From assembly GCA_965203175.1 (NCBI GenBank), contig OZ241867.1:4896001-4960000 (forward strand): a DNA stretch of 64,000 nt, in the 5' to 3' direction. The stretch comes from Candidatus Latescibacterota bacterium (GTDB taxonomy: Bacteria > Latescibacterota > UBA2968 > UBA8231). This document shows, in pieces, positions 60,062 to 64,000 of this stretch; the first letter of the stretch is position 1, and every line of letters begins with the position of its first letter. The translations under genes were made by a program, and so were the position numbers. The notes below the pieces were generated by a model. The model was not told where the DNA came from and ran no database searches. It was given only the letters and a program-made list of their open reading frames with translations.

Positions 60062-61384
60062 TTATTTTGACGAGTACGTTTTAATCGCATTTCGGAAAGC
60101 AGCACCACAAAGCCATATCCAAACTAATCGAAAAATACCTATTATGTTTAATCCAACTTCACCCAACAAAAATTCTCTCTCAATGATCGTATACGTACAA
60201 TTGTCAAGAACATCCTTTAAGCTATCTGCATAAAAAAATATCTTAGCAGGTGTATATGTACAGAAATTCAAATACGTCTCCCAAGATACCTCTCTCATTC
60301 CACCAAACCTAGCCCAAATAAGTGGTATAGAATTAATAATGAAATATCCCAAAAGCAACAAGCTAATAGGCCGAATCCAAGACATATAAAAACGAGACGA
60401 TGTCCAACGCCATCCCAATAAAAGCCAATTTTGTAACCCTCGCCAACTCTTGTACCATTTGCTGTTTTTCACTTCTGCATATTCAACCAATGAAATATAG
60501 CTAGCAATAGTATTCTCTTGATCTATATCATTTCTCATATGTGCTAAATTTTTCAACCTAACAAACAGATCCTTCATATAATAAAATTCTCCAACATATG
60601 TTCTTACATAACAAGTATCCAGTAATCTCCATCCTATTTTCTCATTGCGATCAAAAGATATACTTAACAAAGTATACTCCTGAACATCATCATATTTCAC
60701 AACATCACCGTGATGATCAAATTTTCTACGATTAACCATCTGATCCCACTTCAAAACATTCACTTCATTACCACCAATAAAACGACAGCTTATTGGATAC
60801 CTAAACGGAAAAGGAAAATCTAAATTCAACTCCATAAATCTATTTTCTTTAAATTCCAAAGATATCCACTTTCTTTTGTCAATATCATTACTCTTAATAG
60901 TAACATGCGAAAAATTATTTTTTTCAAAAACTACACTGCTGCGACCTGGAAAAGAAAACGAACAATTTCCTGTGCTTCTTGCAAAACTCAATGATTCTCC
61001 AATATAAGGATCATCAAATTCAGGAATAAATTTTATACCAGTCTCCCCAATATTACTCTTAAAAAAACGACAACTATCGAAATGTAAACTCGCTGACATA
61101 TTCGAAACTCCATATCTTATCTCAACCTCATGATTAGAACAACTTTCGTCGCGACTATCAGTGATTTCAATATCAAGATTTTTTATATGGAGAACTACAA
61201 CATCCCAACCTCTTTCATTATTACTACCACTTGCTAAACTCCATCGAACATACCCTTCTAATACACTTCCCTCACCTGGTATTACTTGCTTACTCAAAAT
61301 ACGGGATAACTCATCACTCAAAGCACGAGACAACTCATCGCAAGGCACCTCTTTTCTTGTCTTAACGGATTCTTGTTCGGACAT
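60062..61384 (-). CDS. AT-rich hypothetical membrane protein (pentapeptide-like N-region, C-terminal TM helices)
   Basis: 440-aa ORF, strongly AT-rich relative to window; LHFDSCRF/FEKNNF repeats; WTSSRFYMSWIRPISLLL TM region. Confidence 0.65.
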   Translation of the reverse strand: MSEQESVKTRKEVPCDELSRALSDELSRILSKQVIPGEGSVLEGYVRWSLASGSNNERGWDVVVLHIKNLDIEITDSRDESCSNHEVEIRYGVSNMSASLHFDSCRFFKSNIGETGIKFIPEFDDPYIGESLSFARSTGNCSFSFPGRSSVVFEKNNFSHVTIKSNDIDKRKWISLEFKENRFMELNLDFPFPFRYPISCRFIGGNEVNVLKWDQMVNRRKFDHHGDVVKYDDVQEYTLLSISFDRNEKIGWRLLDTCYVRTYVGEFYYMKDLFVRLKNLAHMRNDIDQENTIASYISLVEYAEVKNSKWYKSWRGLQNWLLLGWRWTSSRFYMSWIRPISLLLLGYFIINSIPLIWARFGGMREVSWETYLNFCTYTPAKIFFYADSLKDVLDNCTYTIIEREFLLGEVGLNIIGIFRLVWIWLCGAAFRNAIKTYSSK

Positions 61385-61445
61385 TCCATAGATCCTTTAA
61401 AAAAATTGATAATACTCGTCCTATAACCATATAACCAAAGCGAAT

Positions 61446-61814
61446 TTAAGACATCTCTAGGGCGCGTTTGACCGATCTGGGGTCACGGGCGATTAGGCGC
61501 AGGAGCGTGCGGGCCGCCTGATCCGGTTGATAGCGCCCCTGTTCCCAGTCTCGCACCGTCGCCAAAGAAAGCTGAAACGTAGTGGCGAATTCGCGCTGAG
61601 TTAAACGCAGGGCCTTGCGGATCGCCTTAGTGTCGGGAACGCGCTCAAATGCTTCGAGCTCCTCATCCGTCAAAGGTGTATTGTCGGGATCGGACAACGC
61701 GGCCTTCTCAATATCCTCGTCGCTCATGGCATCGAGACGTTGCGCCTGGGCCTTGCTCAGACGCGGTAGGTTCTTTTCATCCAGCCTAAATTTCGTGGTA
61801 TTTTCTTCGCTCAT
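61446..61814 (-). CDS. HTH (HigA-like) antitoxin
   Basis: IRKALRLTQREFA..F.LS..TVRDWEQGR..PD.AAR. Confidence 0.85.
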   Translation of the reverse strand: MSEENTTKFRLDEKNLPRLSKAQAQRLDAMSDEDIEKAALSDPDNTPLTDEELEAFERVPDTKAIRKALRLTQREFATTFQLSLATVRDWEQGRYQPDQAARTLLRLIARDPRSVKRALEMS

Positions 61815-62056
61815 GACGCGTTGCTCTCCGGGCAGAGATGATTCGAGTTCGTGAAAAACGTTCTGTAATAGACTACGAGCAACACGCGATCATCGACCAT
61901 GCCAATGACGCGACGGCGCACTTCCCCCTCGTATTCTATCAGCTCCTCTTCTTCTAATCAGTAGGGATCAAGGAACACTCGCGCGGCGTATTCAAACGGA
62001 ATCCCATGCTTGGCCAGATTCATCGCCGCTTTGTCCTCATCCCATTCGAATTCCAT
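61786..62056 (-). pseudogene. brnT: BrnT-family toxin pseudogene
   Basis: MEFEWDEDKAAMNLAKHGIPF...DPY*...; in-frame TGA at 61958-61960 plus frameshift before RIISARRA. Confidence 0.85.
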
Positions 62057-62066
62057 GAGACTAATA

Positions 62067-62081
62067 TACGGGATTCCCGTA
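62067..62081. promoter_or_regulatory. Palindromic operator upstream of TA operon
   Basis: TACGGGA-T-TCCCGTA 11 nt upstream of brnT start. Confidence 0.55.
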
Positions 62082-62117
62082 GTTCTATCAATGAAGGCGT
62101 GGACTGCCAACCCAGCC

Positions 62118-62201
62118 CTCGCCGATTACCTTGACGTCGGCGACGAGCACTAACTACTTTCTCTGCTGTACACAGGATTGTCCATGCCCTTCCAAACATG
62201 A
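62118..62201 (+). repeat. Copy of ADH promoter, RBS and first 5 codons (mini-ORF MPFQT*)
   Basis: Aligns along its length with 63443-63524, ending in identical GTCCATGCCCTTCCAAAC. Confidence 0.8.
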
Positions 62202-62207
62202 GACGCG

Positions 62208-63425
62208 ATGTTAGCTTTCAAACCACCGAAACCGAGTGTGACGACGATTCAAACTATACAAGCCCTGATACCGCTTGTGAATCGCTTGTATTTGAAAGGG
62301 CTAACGCTGGATGTCGATGCAGAGTCCATTGCTCGGTTGGAGGCCATACGCGGGCATTCTACGGTCTTAGCCCCTAACCATCCGGCGCACGAAGATCCTA
62401 TGGTTATGTTCCTCTTGTCAAAGCGGTTATCGCAACCGTTCTACTACATGGCAGCTCGGGAAGCCTTCGACAGGGGTAGATTCGGGACTATCCGATGCTA
62501 TCTGATGCAGCGGTGCGGTGTGTACTCGGTTGTGCGCGGCACTGTAGATAGAGATGCCTTTCGCATGACGCGGGCGCTTTTGTTTAAGGGCGATTGGCCG
62601 ATTGTCATCTTCGGCGAAGGGGAAATTTCGCGCCAAAATGATACCGTCATGCGCTTTGAGAGAGGCATTGTCCAGATGTGCTTCTGGGCTTTGGACGATA
62701 TGGAAAAAGCGCAAGTCGGCAAATCGCTCTACGCTGTGCCCGTCGGCATCAAATATCACTATCCACGCGACATGTGGAATTCTATTGATGTTGCTCTCAC
62801 GAGGTTAGAACGGTATATCCTCCCGCCTGCCGAACAGATGCCAGTAGAGCGCTACGATCGATTGCGCCGCATCGGTGTCGCGATAGTCAGGACACTCGCA
62901 GCGGAATATCAGTATAAGATGGACGAAACCGTGTCCCTTGATGTCCATATCGAAAGGCTGAAAGATGCGATCCTGTCCCATGCCGAAGGGATTATGGGCA
63001 TCCAAACTGAATCCGACATACTCACAAGGACGCGTGCGTTGAAAAACATAGTCGATGCCGAAATTTATAAGGACATTGAGCAGATGACGGAGTACGAGCA
63101 GAAAATACACGGAGAGCAGCTCCAGAAATTTCAACAATTCTATCCCGATCTGGAGCGGTTGATCAATTTTATATCAATCTCTGACGGGTATGTTGCTGAA
63201 GAACCGTCGCCAGAGCGATTTCTCGATGTGATTCTCCGTCTTGAAAGAGAAGTCTTTGGTAGGTCAGAAATGCGCGGGCCGCGAGTGGCATCCGTCCGCG
63301 TCGGCGAACCGAAAGATCTTCGGGAACGTTACGACACCTACAGAACTCAAAAAAGAGAAACAGTAGAACAGATAACCCATGAACTTGAAACATCGGTTCA
63401 GAGTTTGGTCGGCGGGTCATCCTAA
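62208..63425 (+). CDS. Phospholipid/glycerol acyltransferase (PlsC-like)
   Basis: APNHPAHED (HxxxxD), IFGEG, VPVGIKY. Confidence 0.85.
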   Translation: MLAFKPPKPSVTTIQTIQALIPLVNRLYLKGLTLDVDAESIARLEAIRGHSTVLAPNHPAHEDPMVMFLLSKRLSQPFYYMAAREAFDRGRFGTIRCYLMQRCGVYSVVRGTVDRDAFRMTRALLFKGDWPIVIFGEGEISRQNDTVMRFERGIVQMCFWALDDMEKAQVGKSLYAVPVGIKYHYPRDMWNSIDVALTRLERYILPPAEQMPVERYDRLRRIGVAIVRTLAAEYQYKMDETVSLDVHIERLKDAILSHAEGIMGIQTESDILTRTRALKNIVDAEIYKDIEQMTEYEQKIHGEQLQKFQQFYPDLERLINFISISDGYVAEEPSPERFLDVILRLEREVFGRSEMRGPRVASVRVGEPKDLRERYDTYRTQKRETVEQITHELETSVQSLVGGSS

Positions 63426-63510
63426 CCTTATGCAGATAGCGCCCCGCCAGTTACCTTGACATCGACGACAAGCGCTAGCTACTTTCCCTCTTGTACATAG
63501 AGGATCGTCC

Positions 63511-64000
63511 ATGCCCTTCCAAACCCACTTCGACTTCCGCCATCCCACCCGTATCGTCCACGGCCCCGGGTCTATCGCCTGCTTGGCGGATTGTTTCTCA
63601 CCGGCCGACAAGGTACTGATCGTCTCCGATCAGGTCTTAGGAGAAATCGGCACCGTGGAAGCCGTCACCGCCGCTCTCGGCAACATCCCCCATGCCGTCT
63701 ATCTCAAAGACGGTTCGAGCGAGCCGACCCAAGAAGCCGTCGAAGATGGAGTCCAAGCTTACCGACAAGAACGCTGTACCGCCATCATCGGCCTCGGCGG
63801 TGGCTCGCCCATGGACGTGGCCAAGATGATCGGCGTCCTCGCATCCAATAACGGACGCATCACCCAGTATCTGGGCAGTGACAAAGTCGCAAACGATCTA
63901 CCCTATCTCGCCTGCGTTCCCACGACCTACGGCACCGCCAGCGAAGTCACGCCCTTCGCCGTACTGGACAATCCCGCCAGCGGCAACAAAGACCCAGTCA
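63511..64000 (+). CDS. Iron-containing alcohol dehydrogenase (3'-truncated by window edge)
   Basis: MPFQTHFDFRHPTRIVHGPG..., IGLGGGSPMDVAK, VPTTYGTASE; missing from ORF track because no stop in window. Confidence 0.9.
   Translation, partial: MPFQTHFDFRHPTRIVHGPGSIACLADCFSPADKVLIVSDQVLGEIGTVEAVTAALGNIPHAVYLKDGSSEPTQEAVEDGVQAYRQERCTAIIGLGGGSPMDVAKMIGVLASNNGRITQYLGSDKVANDLPYLACVPTTYGTASEVTPFAVLDNPASGNKDPV

Larger units (their letters stand above)
40717..63524. other. Mosaic accessory region bounded by diverged copies of the Fe-ADH promoter
   Basis: Related repeat at 40717-40747, 62118-62197 and 63443-63524; mixed composition and orientation of single genes inside. Confidence 0.55.

Noticed and set aside
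1-64000. CRISPR array, tRNA, rRNA, integrase or transposase genes
   Set aside because: No regularly spaced repeats, cloverleaf or recombinase motifs recognised by eye; a formal scan was not run.

Overview
GC-rich bacterial chromosomal window. Its gene style (many PhyH dioxygenases, a sulfatase, enolase-superfamily enzymes, TA modules) resembles uncultured Latescibacterota/Gemmatimonadota-like or Poribacteria-like genomes; this is inference only. 1-17 kb is accessory/metabolic: ABC exporter pair, HigBA, orphan substrate-binding lipoprotein, ECF sigma with a long C-terminal extension, TonB-anchor/LolA-like protein, SDR/AKR/aldolase. 17-40.7 kb is a core block: frr-tsf-rpsB-rpsI-rplM, ispDF, queA, fused ECF-ATPase, pyrC, an RNase HII-YraN fusion, aroQ, prmA, mrp, dnaJ-grpE-hrcA, glnA with a Lys/Ala tail, hemC, cobA-hemD. 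40.7-63.4 kb is a mosaic accessory region with no recognisable integrase or transposase gene. It is bracketed and punctuated by diverged copies of the promoter and first codons of downstream genes, and also holds a shared 15-mer at two junctions, a repeated inverted-repeat bidirectional promoter, an IS5-like MITE, REP-like hairpins, a Zn-ribbon/HEPN gene, an AT-rich orphan gene and TA modules. No rRNA, tRNA or CRISPR array was seen. All calls are by eye from motifs; no database searches were run.
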